Notes: generated by a model from the sequence alone, not told the origin. 64,000 nt of DNA from Vicugna vicugna (GCA_013265495.1 MU058714.1:1922001-1986000), one strand, 5' to 3'. Counted from the stretch's first letter, positions 24,056 to 37,716 are shown. A program made the numbers and translations.

Positions 24056-25131
24056 CAATAAAGCAGTGAGACTGGACTCGGACTCCTGTGGCCGCACAAA
24101 ATAACAGGGCGTGTGAGCCCCTGGGCGTCCAAGGTTCACACAAACACCAGCCCACACCTACAGGTGAGGCTGGAAGAACGCAGCTCACACCCCAGCCGCT
24201 GCTCTGGGCCTCTGTCTCCTGGGAACACAGGCCGCAGCGCCAAGTCAGCCCTCCTGGGTCGGCAGTGATGCCCTCGAGGGGCAGTGCTCAGGGCACCGAA
24301 GCCGACCCAGAGCGGATGGGGGGCCTGGCCACTCCTCCCCTCCTCTGAAAGGGGTGCCCTAGGCTGTGGTGGTCAGTAGTCCCCGAAGTGGCCTCAAGGG
24401 GGCACTGTGGGGCAGCTCCAGCCTCAAGGTCCTGTTGGCCCTGGGGTCGGGGTTGGGGGAGCAGCCCCCCTAGGGGGGATTCAGGTGGCCTGGCGGAGGG
24501 GCCCTTGCTGATCACTAGGGCTGAGTGTCTAGCTTGCAAACATCTGGCTGGATGCTGCCAGGTGTAACCAGCTGGGGCCAGCAGGGCCCGGCAAGTGTCA
24601 CCGCCACTCCCCATCCTCCTGCACAGGCCCCCTTCCCCTTGAGGCCGGGCCTTGTCTCAGGGCCAAAGGTCAGGCCTACATGTTCCTCACGGGAGCCCAG
24701 GCAGGGCTCTAGAGCCGTGTTCAAGGAGAGGCGGCTGGCACCACAGCCCAAGCACCAACTGAGAAACCAGGAGGCCCTCCCATGTCACTCCTCCGGGACC
24801 AGTGGCACCTCCTCACAGGCCCATTCGGGGCGTCACGGGAGGACACAGGCTACGGACAGGCTTTGCAGGGTCCCGGGCATCAGCTGGGGTCAGAGGGGCA
24901 GTTTTTCCCGGGGAGGCACCTTCCCAAGGTCGGGCTAACTGGCTGCAGACGGGTGGCACCAGCGCCCTCCTGGCGGGCAGAGTGGCAAGTGTGTCACCTG
25001 CACAACACCCCGGCTCCACGTGGCAGAGACCCCGGCCCATGCAGGAAGGAGCAGGCCTTCGCGTGAACCCTAACTTGCAGGCCGCCTCCCTGCAGACACG
25101 GACGCCGTCACGGCCCGAGGGTGCCCGCTAC

Positions 25132-25233
25132 CTTGAGCTCCTGCGCCAGCACCGCGCTGCTCATGCTGTCGGCCTGCAGGCGGAACTCGTGCTCCCGCTT
25201 CTGCATTTCTGACGCAAACTCCTGCAGCAGCTC
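25132..25233 (-). CDS. CCDC57: CCDC57 coding exon 3 (ELLQEFASEMQKREHEFRLQADSMSSAVLAQELK)
   Basis: Acceptor tcttggttccag, donor AAG|GTAGCG, 102 nt, phase 0/0; KREHEFRLQAD motif as recalled for human. Confidence 0.93.
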
Positions 25234-26751
25234 CTGGAACCAAGACAGCCAGTGGAGAAAGGGGCACGTGGTTTATAGCCAGAAACCCCGCCCCTGGTCG
25301 CAACCCAGAGAGAAGTCCCAAACTGGAAGCAACCCGCGAGTCCGGGATGTGCACCGGGGAATGGCAGCACTGGCGGGAAGGAACCAGCTCCGGACCCCAC
25401 GACACGAAGAGCCTCGGGGACATGAGGAGAGCAGCCGGACCAGAAAGAGCGCTGCCGCGAGGCTCACCACACACACACAGCTCAGAAAGACCAACCTCCC
25501 CGCAGGCAGCAGAGAGCAGACGGCCGGTGGCCGGGCTGGGGGGTGCTCCCTGCCTGCGAAGAGGCACGGGGGACCCTGGGCAACAGGGAAGTCCTGTCCT
25601 GGTTGTCACACGGCGAGCACTTGTTGAACGGACACTTAACAACGGGTGTGCAGACTGCAGGTAAATCACAGCTCAGCAAGGCTGGCTCTTCAGAGCTGCC
25701 CGAGGGCATTGACCCTCTAATGTCAGATCTGCGCTGCAGACACCAGGGCCCACACGGCGGCCTTCCTTTGCCCTGGGAAGGTAATTCCATTTCTTGAAGG
25801 AAAACTGCCAAGCTCCTGTCTGAGGAAGGGGCTCCCGGCTTCTGGGTCCTTCATCCGCACATGGGGCAGGGTGGGGTGGAGGTCACTGCCCCAAACACAG
25901 ACTGCCACCTGACGTCCTGCACGTGGGAGCCCCTGGCACCCTGAGTCCTAAGCTCTCGGGGTCTGCAGGCCCACAGACCCCGCCCGCTTCTGGGGGAGGC
26001 AGAAGCTCAGGCATCCACAGGCCGAGGCCGTTCTCTCGCTCCCATCACTGCTGTGGGTTCTCCCAGTTCCTGTTCCCAGTGATGCCGGAGCAGGAGTCGT
26101 GCGTGGTTGACCCGGCCCTGGGACTGGAGGTCTGGGTAGGCTTATTCATCAGCCAGGTCCACACATGAAGGATGGAGACGCAGAACTCACAGTGAGGGAC
26201 ACGATCTCAATGAAACAGCGACTTGACTTGGCACTTGTGGCTGCAGCAGGGCACAGGTGACAACCACACCTGCCTGCGAGGCAGTGGCCAGTGCAGGAAG
26301 CCATCCACAGAGGGGCTGGTGGGGACAGGCTTAGAGACCACCCAGGGCCCCGCCCAGCACGCGGAAAGCACAGCATGTCAGCAGGATTCGAGATTTCTGC
26401 CCAAGTACTGGGGCCCCTGCTTCAAAGGGGACTGGACAGACTCAGTCACCTGAAGGCGGGGCCTGGGGGAGGCGAGGCCCAGCGGAGCGCGACCGCCTCC
26501 TCCTGGGACACACGCGGCGGGCTCCCTCCCTGTCTCCAAGGGTCGAAGGGGCCACAGAGATCCTGTGCTCAAGGACAACTGAACACATACATTGCACGTT
26601 CCTTATCCTCCGAGAAGCAGGGAGAAGTGTGAGGAGCCATACGAGTAACCCTTACGGGGATCAGACAGTGAAAATCGTGGAGATTCACTCCCCCCACACT
26701 TTACAAAGCAAGCAAGTGTTTGGTTTCCGCTCCAGGGTCTACAGGTGGCAG

Positions 26752-26765
26752 CCACCAGGGGGCAG
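26752..26765 (+). promoter_or_regulatory. CTCF motif CCACCAGGGGGCAG
   Basis: 14/14 match to CCASYAGRKGGCRS. Confidence 0.55.
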
Positions 26766-28774
26766 GGAGCCCTCGGCAACGAAAGCCCGGCCGCGCTTCG
26801 CCCTGCGGCGTTCAGGCCCACTCCGCCCCTCCCCTCCCGGGGACACGCAGCTCCCGTCTCCCCTCCCCCAGCAACCCCCGCCCTGTGCCAACGCCCCCAC
26901 ACCTTCCTGTCCTCGCGTGCAAGGCTCAGCTCGATAGCCCCTGTCTCCACTCACCCTGTGGGGACGCACCCTGTGACCCGATCTCCCAACACACCCGCGG
27001 GAGCCCAGGAGCCACCTCCCTGGCAGCCCCCAGGCGTCCCCCCACCCTCCCCACACGGCCCAGCTCCACACACAGCAACCTGCCCCCCCGGGGCGTCCTC
27101 GTGCGCGCTGTTCACACCACCTGAGAGACCAGTGTGTCCGCTGGCCTGGCCAGGCCAGTGGTCAAGCCCCCACCTCCCACTGGGGCTGCAGCAGCCCCCT
27201 CGCCGTCCCCTGCTTCCCTGGCTGCACGGTCTGTCCCCAGTCCAACAGCAGGTGACCTTTCAAAACCTCATGAGCCTCCAAGGCATCCTCACCTCACCTG
27301 GAGCAAAGGCCATCCTCCCAAGGGCTGGGAGGCCTACGCCGCCCCACGTCAGCCCCTTGAACCGGAGACCTGGCCCAGAGACACCCTAGATGCGTGGGCA
27401 CCTGCCGCCCTCTGCACACCCTCGCCACCCGCAGACTCGGGCTCACAAGGACTCTCTGCAGTGCGCCCCTCCTCACGGTCACGCAGGGGAGGTGAGCTCC
27501 AGCCAGACCGTGGTTCAGGCGTCCATGCAGCCCCCGAAGGCCAGTGCGCTCCCGGGGCAGCCCTAACGCCACAGCCCAGGAGGGCGCCTGACAGAAACTG
27601 CTTGTCAAATGAGTGAGCGAGTCAGTGAAACATTCTGCTTCTCCTCCAGTGGCTTCTGGTCCTGTGACTGCTGACCGACAGTGAAGACCCTTCCTCAAGT
27701 CCACTGTCCACAACCAGCAGACACAATCAGCATCACACAGACTAATTCAGTTCCTGTTGTCTTGTGTTTCTTTTATGAAGGCGTGAAGGCTGCCGCGGCG
27801 CGGACGGCGCGCGGCACCCCGAGCCCGGCAAGGCCCGGCTGTCCCGGAACCGCACTAGACAAGCTGCCCGGCCCTGCACAGAGCCCACGGCCAGAGGGAC
27901 GGACATCCAGGCTCCTTCTTTCCAGGCGCACGGCTGGTAAACACCCACGCCTGCAGGGCGCTCATGGACGCGGGGGGTGGGGCTGGACAGGCTGGGGAGA
28001 CACCCTGAGACCCAGCCCGGCGACACCACCCCCCTGCCCCAGGGGCCCGGTGCCTCCAAGGGCCCTGCCCGCCCTGCCGCCTGGGACGGACCCCACTGCC
28101 CACAGCCTTCCTGACACCCCTTCTTTGGAAGGGGCTCTAGCGTCACCTGAGGAAGCCTCCTCATGCCTCGGATGGTCCCAGCTGCTCTTTCTTGGTTGCC
28201 CAGCTCAGGCCCCAGTGACCTCCAGCTGTTTCCAAGTTAGCCCCTAACATATAAAGTTCTTTGGTCCCTGAGAACTCCAAGAGAAAGTCCCCTGCAGGAA
28301 ATTTCAAGAGCACAGAAGGACACTCTGAGCAACAGAGGCGGCTCGGACAGCGGACTTGAGCTTCCAGAGGGGCCGGAAGGCCAGGGCCGTGGCCAGCAGG
28401 TGTGAGCATGCGTGAGCGCAGTTGGAGGGACCGGGAGGCCCACAGGTGCCTTTCCGCCCCCACTGGAGCAGCACCTCTTGGGACGCTGCCCTGTCCTGGC
28501 CACCGAAACCACTGGCACAGGTCTGTCCTTGAGAACTGCCGACCCTGGGGCCTGGAGCGGCGCCAGCACAGGCAGGTCCCCACTGGGAGATGGGGGCAAG
28601 CTCCGAGTTCGGCGGCCCACCCAGCATCGCTCCAGGAAGAAGTGGGGGCCAGCCCAAGACCAGCTCCCTCTCCAGCATCACAGACACAAGTCTAAAAATA
28701 AGACGTGAGCGGTTGCCCTGGGGCCCGAGAGTTCACCCGCCAAAGACGTCTTGGAGTCAAGTTACGGTTCTGTT

Positions 28775-28835
28775 GCTTCTCCTGGGGCACCTTGGGCAGG
28801 TCACTTAACATCCCTGGACCTCAGCCCCGCCTGTC
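28775..28835 (+). mobile_element. MIR fragment
   Basis: ccttgggcaggtcacttaacatccctggacctcag. Confidence 0.5.
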
Positions 28836-29268
28836 AGACATGGATCCAACCTGTGTGTGTCGTGCTGAGCAGACACAGTCACACGCACCCGAGGAGCTCC
28901 GTGCAGGCAGAGTCCACGCACACCGGCCCCTGCTGTGGCGAGCGCTCGGGCAGCCCTGCAGGAGAGGGGCCGGGGGCCCATCCCCTGCAAACACACAGCT
29001 CTGCCAGACGTGGACGTCGGCTCTTTTCTACAGTAAATAACTCTAGCTTCATAATACTTCTTTCTAAAACAAGGGAGGAAAGGAACCCTGGAGGGGGTCA
29101 CCACTGAGGAAGATTCAGACACCCCATCGCATTTCCCTACAGGTCAGCACCAAGCGGAAATCTGCTGTGATCCCAGGACACCACAAGGTGCCCACCTTCA
29201 CCTGGTACAACACTGGTTTCAGGGCCAGAGGGAGGGCACCTGAGAAGGGACAAGACCCTGCACCCTAC

Positions 29269-29377
29269 CTGCCGCTGCAGAGCAAGTTCGCCGTCGAGCT
29301 CCTGGAGTTTCCGCTCCAGCTTCCACTTGAGGTTTTCGTACAGCTCCCGCTGCTGGTCCATCTCACCATTCTTGTCA
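29269..29377 (-). CDS. CCDC57: CCDC57 coding exon 2 (DKNGEMDQQRELYENLKWKLERKLQELDGELALQRQ)
   Basis: Acceptor ttttccacatag, donor CAG|GTAGGG, 109 nt; phase fits both neighbours. Confidence 0.95.
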
Positions 29378-29479
29378 CTATGTGGAAAACGCAGCATTAA
29401 GAAGAGTCACACTCAACATTCTCCAAACTACACAGTTGCCAGACCATCCCTGCAGACATGAGGTGACGGGTGACTCCTG

Positions 29480-30130
29480 CAAACGAGAACATGACACAGG
29501 ATCCGGAGTCTCACAACAGGATTCCCGAAGTGCCTAGGATACAATCAAAGTCACCGGGCGGACAAGGACAGGAAAGTCTCCACGTGAATGAGAACAGACC
29601 ATCGGCCGCTGCCAGTGACGATGACACAGATGCTGGGATCCTCACAGGGCTTGAGAGCAGCCACTAGAGAAGCGCTTCAGCAAGCAATTTCACACACATG
29701 AGACACATGGGAAACAGGACTCTGAGCCGAGAGGAAATATAACACAGAGTCAAATGGAAATGTGAGAGCTGAGAAGTACAAAACTGAAACAGAGCACATG
29801 CTGGGCGGGCTCAGGGGCAGAGGAAACGGCGGAGGGGAGAGTCACGAAGCCTGAAGACAGGGCAGCAGAAGTCACCCGACTTGAACCACAGGAAGACACA
29901 GGCTGAGAAAAAATGAACAGCGCCTCAGGGACCTGAGGGGCAACAAAAGAGCAAGCATTCACATCGCCGTCACTGGGACCCCGGAACAGCACAAAACAGA
30001 GCCTGGAGATAGAAACTCATGTGAAGAAATAATGCTTGAAAATGCCCTAAATTTGGTGGAAAAGAATGAGTAAAATACTCCAGGAGGCACTTCTCGGAAT
30101 AATGTAAAGCACCTGAAGAACACTGAAACC
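29480..30130 (+). mobile_element. Old L1 ORF1-region fragment
   Basis: caaatggaaatgtgagagctgagaagtacaaaactgaa...gaagaaataatgcttgaaaatgccctaaatttgg. Confidence 0.65.
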
Positions 30131-30864
30131 GCTCCAACAGCCAAGAGGGAGAAAGCAGTCCCCATGGAGGGCGACGCGGCCGCACAGGTCGCAGCATCGA
30201 CCACACCTGCCTCTGATCCTCCCCGTGCGCCCCGCGTGCCCGGACAGTGCGGGCGGGATGGCCCGGGCCCCAGCAGCTAGGAACCGGCCCCGCTCCACTC
30301 AGGACCGGCTGACGTGGGTTGGACTCGAGCGCTTTCCTGGAGCCTGGTGGAGGGCCAAGCCACACCACTTAGATAAATGACACTTCCCACAAGGACCAGG
30401 AGCCTGCAGGGGAGCCGGGAGCACCTCGAGCCTCCCTGAGGACCATGGCTCCTGGCACAGGAGTGTCCGCTGCAGGGACCCTGTGTTGTTACAGGTCAGG
30501 GGCTTGCAGGCAAAGGTGGCCCCACTCGGGAACGTGGTACCAGGAACACGCGCCCTGAAGTCAGGGGAAGGCGGCAGTAGATCCCGTAGGTGAGGCCTGT
30601 CTTCTTTCTTACCCTGAGCAGAGCCTCAAGTCAGCTCACTCACTTTCAAATTTAACACATATTCACATCATTAAAGTAATAAACTCATATATGTTTTGTG
30701 AAAATGATATAGATCTGAAATTTATGGGAAAATACAAATACTTAAATCCATCTCCACGAACTTCAGTTGCACCGGGACCCAGAGAGACACCCAGGTGTGG
30801 GCTCGTCGGCCTTTGGGCCACAAGCTGGGGCGGTGCGCAGGCCGGGGAGCGGCGCCCTACTCAC

Positions 30865-31271
30865 CTGTGGGTCCGCTCCAGCTCCAGGTGGTGCTCCTGC
30901 AGCTTCCGCTGGTACTGCTGCTGCAGGTCCCTGAGCCGCTGGGCCTCACTGGCGAGTGCCTTTCTCAGCTTGGCTACCTCGATCTTGAGCTGGCTTGCCT
31001 CAGCCTGCCTGGCCTCCTCCAGCCCGCGGGCCTGGGCGAAGGCGGCATCGTAGCGCTCCAGCTCCCGGTCCCGCTCCTCCAGCACCTGCAGGTTGTAGAC
31101 AAAGTCCTCCTGCAGGCGCTGCAGCCTCCCCTGCGCCTCCTCCAGCCGGCCCTGCGCGTCCTTCAGGGCCGCCTCCTGCATCTGGGAGCGGTGGGCCTGC
31201 AGCGCCCTCCACTCCTCCTCCTTGTGAGCCAGTAGGGCGTCCAGGGCCTGTTCCGAGGGCGGGGGCCGCAT
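30865..31271 (-). CDS. CCDC57: CCDC57 coding exon 1 (MRPPPSEQALDALLAHKEEEWRALQ...LELERTH)
   Basis: Translation closely resembles recalled human CCDC57 N-terminus (KEEEWRALQAHR, LQEDFVYNLQVLEERD.ELERYDAAFAQAR). Acceptor tctctttgctgtag precedes 31279 (8 nt of UTR before ATG at 31271); donor AG|GTGAGT follows 30865; 407 coding nt, phase 2. Confidence 0.95.
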
Positions 31272-33332
31272 TTCGGCAGCTACAGCAAAGAGAAGACAGG
31301 CATCAGGTTCACCGGGAGGGAGGCTATCTTCCCACGATGCCCACTGCAGGTCCCCATCTAGGTGACCACTGTCACGGAAGCAGGAGGGTGCTCTGGGCGG
31401 GGTACCAGCCGTCTGGTCACAGCCTGAGTTCTGGAGAGTCACAGGCAGCACCCGAGGGCCCAGCAGGCCAGGGGCACACCAGGCCCAGTCCCAAAGGCTC
31501 TCTCTACCTATCCTGACCCGAAAGCAGAGGGAACAGGGCAGTCTGTACAGGATCACAGAGGGAAGAGAGGAAGGAAAGACAGGAGACGGTGTTTGCTCAA
31601 CAACGAGAGCTAGGCTCTTTCAAATGGTTTCCCAAAGCTCTCTCCATTTTGCAAATAACACCCAAGGCCGCTGCCCTGTCCCGCCCCTCGCTCACCCCCG
31701 GAGCTGCCCTCTGGCTCCTGGGAGGCTCACCCCCAGGAGCAGGCACCTTTGCTCCTGACCATCGTGGATGGATACTTTCGTAAAACACAATAACGTCCTA
31801 GGAAAAACAAAACTAAAAACACGAAGATATATAATACACAACTCTAATTTAAGTTAGATTCAACAGCATAAAACTTCATCAAATTCTCAACAAGTGTCTC
31901 AAGACCTGCTCCCCGCATCTGCCGAGGCTGGTCCCTAGGGGCGGGGCTGCTGATGGTTGCTCCCCAGCAGGGCACCCCCACGACAGGCCCCATTCTGTCA
32001 CCTGGCAGGGGAGGAGTGGATTTGGAAGCGTAAGACCACCTGGGGGGTTCTCCCAGGCCTGACCTTTGCGATGGGCCCAGGCCATGGGTCAGGCCCCGCC
32101 TGCGTCGCAACAGCCCAGAGGGTGTTCAGGCTGGCATCTCCGGGCAGAGGGTGGCGTGTGAACGAACGATACCTGCTCTGAACGCGTTCCCGAAGGGCTG
32201 CATGGGGTCTGAGGCTGGCGTCTGGCAGTGGCTTTTGTGTATCTTTGTCCCCAAAGGATCTAAAATGTCTGATTAATTTTAAGTAAGTCTTTTTCAAGAA
32301 GAGACACACACCCTGTTCCAGGTCCTCTCAACTCACAGGGTCAGCAGTAACGGAAGCCCTCCGGGGCCGACGGAGATCTCTAACAGGAGCAAGATGTCAG
32401 GGCCTCTGAAGACGCCCTGCACGTTGTAGAGGTTCCACGCAGCCCCCTCCTGAGCGGACACTAGCAGTATCCATACTGGTCCCCCTTGGTCAATGCAAAG
32501 CAAATGTCCACAGACAAATGCAGATGGAACAGGACAGCCTGAGGGGTTTTTCTTTTCTTCTTTTTAAACATTAACTCTTGGAATGCTTAAGCCTGCAAAC
32601 ACTCTCTAAATCAGGAAGAACACTACTCTTTAGAGACGTGAAGACCATTTCACTCCTGAGATCACTGACGACAAATACCAACAACAGCTCTACAATGAAA
32701 CACTGCTTTCTAGAGCCCAGTGGACGTAACAAACGGACAATTTCTTCATTTTACACAACGCTTCGATGGCATCAGATTTATGGTGACTGAACTCTTTGTG
32801 GGACCTCAAGTCAGCCCTCTGCTCGGAGCTGCTGCCACCAGCACCCTTGTCCACAACCAAGTCCTTGCTCAGCGTATGAGCTTGAACACCCGGCCCTGCC
32901 TAAGGTGCTCACCAACAGCAGAGCACACAAAGCCCTGGAGGAAGGGAAAAACACGCGCACACCCCACCAGAAGGTTATCTGTGTAACCAGAACTATTACT
33001 GTTAAGATCTTGGTAACAACAGCAACAACAGCAAGTAAAGGAGAAATTGTCAGAAAGGTCTGGGCTAGAATTCGGAGACTCTCAAAATATTCCGTCAGGA
33101 CTAAACAACAGTGTATGTCTTCTGGGAGAAGCGTGTGTTACGTACGCGCTGGAAACACGAAAGAAGCTTTTGACACTCGTTGCCTCTGAGCGCAGCACAG
33201 CGGTGCTCAGCACGCAGACAGGATGATGAGAAGGCGGGCCCTGACCAGCAGCAGGACTGGGCCTTCAAGGCGCCTAGGGCGGAGGGCCCGCTGGGGCGCG
33301 GGGCGCCCGGAAACCGAGCTGCCGCAGGGCGG

Positions 33333-33346
33333 GCGCCCTCTGCGAG
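33333..33346 (-). promoter_or_regulatory. CTCF-like motif CTCGCAGAGGGCGC
   Basis: 12/14 match, inside a small CpG-rich intronic patch (about 33220-33400). Confidence 0.35.
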
Positions 33347-33959
33347 GAAACGGGCAGGCGGCTCCTCGGGCGAAGCCACTGCACTTAGAGCCACACGAAC
33401 TCCTCGTGTAGCTTTGCTTTAAGGGCAACGAGCCGTGGAGGGCAGGGCCTGACAGGCTCTCTCCGTGCAGGGCCAGCCGGTAAGCACGTGGGGCTGGCAG
33501 GCCACAGGGCCCCCGTGTGAAAGCAGCCGGAGGGCGGAGGCATGTGGCTGCCCAGGCCCCGTGGAGGGGAAGCCGCTGTCAGCACCCGTGACAGGGCTCT
33601 TGTGTCTCGAGGCTGGTCCCTGCAGCCCCAGTCCTCAGGGGCCCACCCCGAGCTCACCCGGCACAAGCACCTGCCCACAGCTCTTCTCTGCATCCCCGGG
33701 CCGCAGGCCTGCTCGGGCGGGGGGCACGCACTTGCAGCCCAGCCCGTCAGGGGCGACTGCACCTGAGAGGGGGCGCACGTCCCGGAGGAGGGGCCACGGG
33801 CACCGAGGCTGAGAGGGCGGGGGAGCCCGCAGGGCTCCGTGTGCTGTGACAGTGGGAGATGCCACACTGCCCTTCAGCCATGGCTGCCAGCCCGAAGCTC
33901 CTGAAACCTTCCTCAGTGGCAGCAGCTACGGGGCTTCTGTAGTTATCTCTGGCTTTGAA

Positions 33960-34230
33960 ATGACTCCAGGTGAAAGGGTGTCTCCTTGTACTGGTAACAA
34001 ACCTCTTCCAACCACACCCGAGTTTCTGTTAACGTGGTGGTTCTGGAAAGATCCTGGATGACCCAGGATAGGGGCTATTGCCAGGGGACCCAACCACGTG
34101 GTTAGAGGGTTGGAACCTTCAACCCCACTGCCCACCTTTCAGGGGGAGGGGAGGAGCTGGAGGCTGAATCAACCACCAATAGCCGACAGTTTAATCAACT
34201 ATGCCTGTGTGATCTGGTCGGGACTGCCCA
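33960..34230 (+). mobile_element. MER21-like LTR remnant
   Basis: ggggctattgccaggggacccaaccacgtggttagagggttggaaccttcaacccc...caccaatagccgacagtttaatcaactatgcct. Confidence 0.55.
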
Positions 34231-36291
34231 GATCCTGCCAGGTGGGCCTCCAACCCACAATCTGGACAGGACTGCCAATCTAGCAGAGGGGCATTTCTTT
34301 AACAAGATCACTCACCTAAGATGTCTCCCAAACCCCAAGACCCATTTCTTTGCTGCAAAATGAAACTAAGGGCCAAAGGTTGGCGGCACCCGGCTGGGGA
34401 AATGTGGGGGACGGTCCCTGGAACAAACGGACCAGCCGGCTGTTCAGACCCACCACAGGCCCCCAGCTCCGGCAAGGGGCCAGCGAGCCTCGGGCAGCAG
34501 GTCTCTCTGACTTACCACCAAATGTTACCCAGCAGGTTCGTTCTGCTCCCACACAGCAAGCCAAACTGCTGAGCCCCCGAGGTCTGTAGCCAAGCAAGGA
34601 GAATGGATCTCAAGTCCCACCTCCCTGGAGGCAAGGGGCTCGGGTATTTGTAGGATCCGGACTAAAGAAGCAGGGCGTCCAAGACGGGGGCGCGCGGAAA
34701 GGTAACTGGGAAAAGGCGTGGTAACCGCTCTGCGCAGACCTGTCCGGGCTTCTGCGTGTTTTGAGGGTGGTGTCTCCGACTCTCCAATGTGAAAAGGTCA
34801 CCAAGCGGCCAGTCCCCCTCCTTGGAGCCCAGTGGGAGGGCCCATGGCCCACCCAATGTTAACTGGCTCAGCTGGAAGCAGATGCAGGTGCCTCCAAGCC
34901 CCTGGGAACCAGCCAGGCAAACCCCTCACGGTTTAGGCGGCCTGCAGCCTGGGGGCAGGCCCGTCTCACACGACCCTGATTAGTGAAGGCAGCTGGATGG
35001 GTTTGACTAACCATCCTGCGAGGCTTCAGAAGCGTCCAGAGACCCGTGAACTCCCAGGTCTGCAGAGGCCCGGGCTGCGGGCTGGCGAGCACGGGGCCTG
35101 CGCCGCTCCTCCCTTGGGCGGCTCTGGGTCATATCCGCAGGAAATAACCTAGTGATCCAGCAGGGAAAGCGCTCTCCTGAGTGCTGGGAGCTGCTCCAGC
35201 GGCTCTGAACCGAGGAGAGCTGGTGGGGGGAGCCTCGATTTACAGCACTTGGGCAGAGACAGGCGACAACCTGGACTTGCAACTGGTGACTGGAAGGGGT
35301 CATCTGGGGGCCTGAGCTGGCCCCTCTGCTCCGCCCTTGCCCTTCTATGGCCAACAAAGGGATCTTTAAAAAAAAAAAGCCTTCCCCCACCCCGGGCTTC
35401 CTGCCCCTCTGTCCACTGCAATACCTGGGCCTGGGCCACCACGCTGTCCGTCTGCGACCCAGCTGCCCCCGCCTGGAATGCTCCTCCCAACCGGCATGCA
35501 GGCCCCTTCTGTCACTAGACCACCTCGAGGGTCCCTCCAGGAACTCCCCCTAACCTTCCTTCCAGAACCGAGCAGCCACCACCGGACTCCAGTTCCCTGG
35601 GGGCGGCTTACTGCTTGAGTCTCCTTCCTCCCAGCACGCCCTGGAGCCCCAGGACACAGGAGCTGCTCAGCACTAAGCAGCTAAACGGAGAAACTACCAC
35701 AGGCCAACACAGCATGAGCTCCAGGGCTCCAGCAGAGGAGCAGGCGAGGCAGGCGGGCGTCTCTGCCGGCCACTCCTGGCCCCTCCTTCCACTCCCCTCC
35801 CCCCACCGAAGCCTTGGCCTTGGCTTCCCTACGCACTGCCTTCAGAGCCCACCGCTCAGCCCTGGGAGGCTCCCCGACAGAGCGCCGGCCGCCTCAGCTG
35901 CCCCAACCGTGGTTTCTCTGGCTCCAAAATACCCACGCGCTCTGGCCGGCAGCCCTCCGGCTTCAGTCACTCTTGATCTCTGACACCTCGCTCTTCAGGT
36001 GTGTGAATGGATGTATCGATGAATTACAGGAAAACTAAGTACATTTACTTTAACAAGTTTTGAATTCAGTGAAAATTAGGGTTATCGACTTCAAGTTCAG
36101 TCAGTTGCGTGGCATTTCCCCCAAGAAGACAGCTAAGGGGACTCCCCGGGGATGCCCTGCGGTCCCCTCACTCAGTCCTGGCCCCCCGCCCTGGCACAGT
36201 GAAGGACACAGCAGACGTCTGCTGCCACTTCATCTAGTGCGACGTCACTGTGGCCATGTAAATTCCCCCGGCACAGCAAACTTCCTTAAAC

Positions 36292-36385
36292 CCATTCATT
36301 CATTCACTTAACAAGTGTTTGCTCAGCACTTCCTGCGTGCCAGGTGCTGTCTCCCCTGCTGGAGACAGTGGGGCCAAGGCCCTGC
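36292..36385 (-). mobile_element. L2 3' end fragment
   Basis: cattcattcattcacttaacaagtgtttgctcagcacttcctgcgtgccagg. Confidence 0.55.
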
Positions 36386-37592
36386 ACCGACAGGCCGGCA
36401 CCCCTGCTGGGATGCAGAGGGCACCGAGGAGGCAGCTCCTATGTGGCTGGAGCGGCCGGGGCCCAGGGCTTCGGGGGCCCGGGTCAGGGAGGCCCCACCC
36501 ACAGGGAAGGGGTTTGTGATGGGCTCTGCTCGGCCTTCGGAGGCTCACATCCTGCTCAGCCCTTGGCCCTGCGCTGGCGGCCAGGACCACTGGGAAACCA
36601 GGGTTCCAGCAGGTCAGGCCGCCACCAAGCTCAGGGCAAGGCTGGTGCGGAATAACGAGGCGACTGGGCCTCCACGGCTGGAGGCTCACCCAGGATAACA
36701 GGACGTCTGACGGCTGTCCCCCAAGCCCCAGCCACACACAAACCCGGCCAACTGCAGTGGCGCTGCATGAGTGCGTTCTGGGGTCCCGCACGGTCTTGTC
36801 AGCAGGAGCTGACGCCCACACAGGCCCCACGGGGTGGTGCACACTCACAGCAAAGTCAGGATTCAGGCAGATCCACAGCCTTCCGTGATGCCGACGTTAC
36901 TGTGATCTCGGATGGGGTGCCTGTGAACCACCACTGCAGTCTTTACAGAGGGAGTGCCCACGTCTGTGTCTGTGGGGCCAGCAGGCCCCTGCCTCTGAGG
37001 ACCGTTCGTCAGCACCCTGTCCCAGCCGGGCGCCCTGCCCCCGGCGCGCCCCTTAAATGCACCAGTCCCACAGCCGCCCCGAGGGTGCTGTGCCTGGGGC
37101 TTGTGGCCCCTTTCAACATAAACCCCAACCTGTTTGGCGACGTGTACAGAGCCCCCACGCCCTCTACTGCTCCCTCTGGACCTCCAGCTGCCCCCCACGA
37201 AGAGAGAAACCAGCTTCCACCACGTCCGCCCCACTGTACCCTGACACACAAAGGCTATGTGCCCAGGGCTCAGGCTCCTGTCCTTCCAGACACAGACAGC
37301 CTGCCCTGCTTCCATAAAAATCTCACAAACCCTGAAAGCCCCAAGGCTGAGACTAACTGGCTTTCACTAAACGTCTCAGATTCAAAATCTGGACCCAATC
37401 TGTCATCCAGCAGAAGTCCCCAGCAAGCACCCAATTTTCAGGAGGGACCACACAGAACTTTTGGGGAAACCATGGAAATCTCCAGGAGGCAGAGCACTGT
37501 CAGCCAGCTTTGCCCATGTCGTTCAGTCTTCCAGGGTCAGCGGGGATGCATCAGGACTGAGCTACGCCATGCCAACACTCTGACTTTCTCAC

Positions 37593-37716
37593 CTGCAAAA
37601 TCTGAGTTTTCTAACCTTTTTTTTTCCTTTTTAAATCTAAGGCAGATGTTCACGTGTCAGGTCTGAAAGGCACTTGGAAATCGCTGGGTCTTGGGAAGAT
37701 GGAAACAACTCCTTGT
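37593..37716 (-). other. CCDC57: Candidate CCDC57 5' UTR exon B (124 nt)
   Basis: Acceptor ctgctgctgtgtctgtttgcag and near-consensus donor CAG|GTGAGA. Confidence 0.5.
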
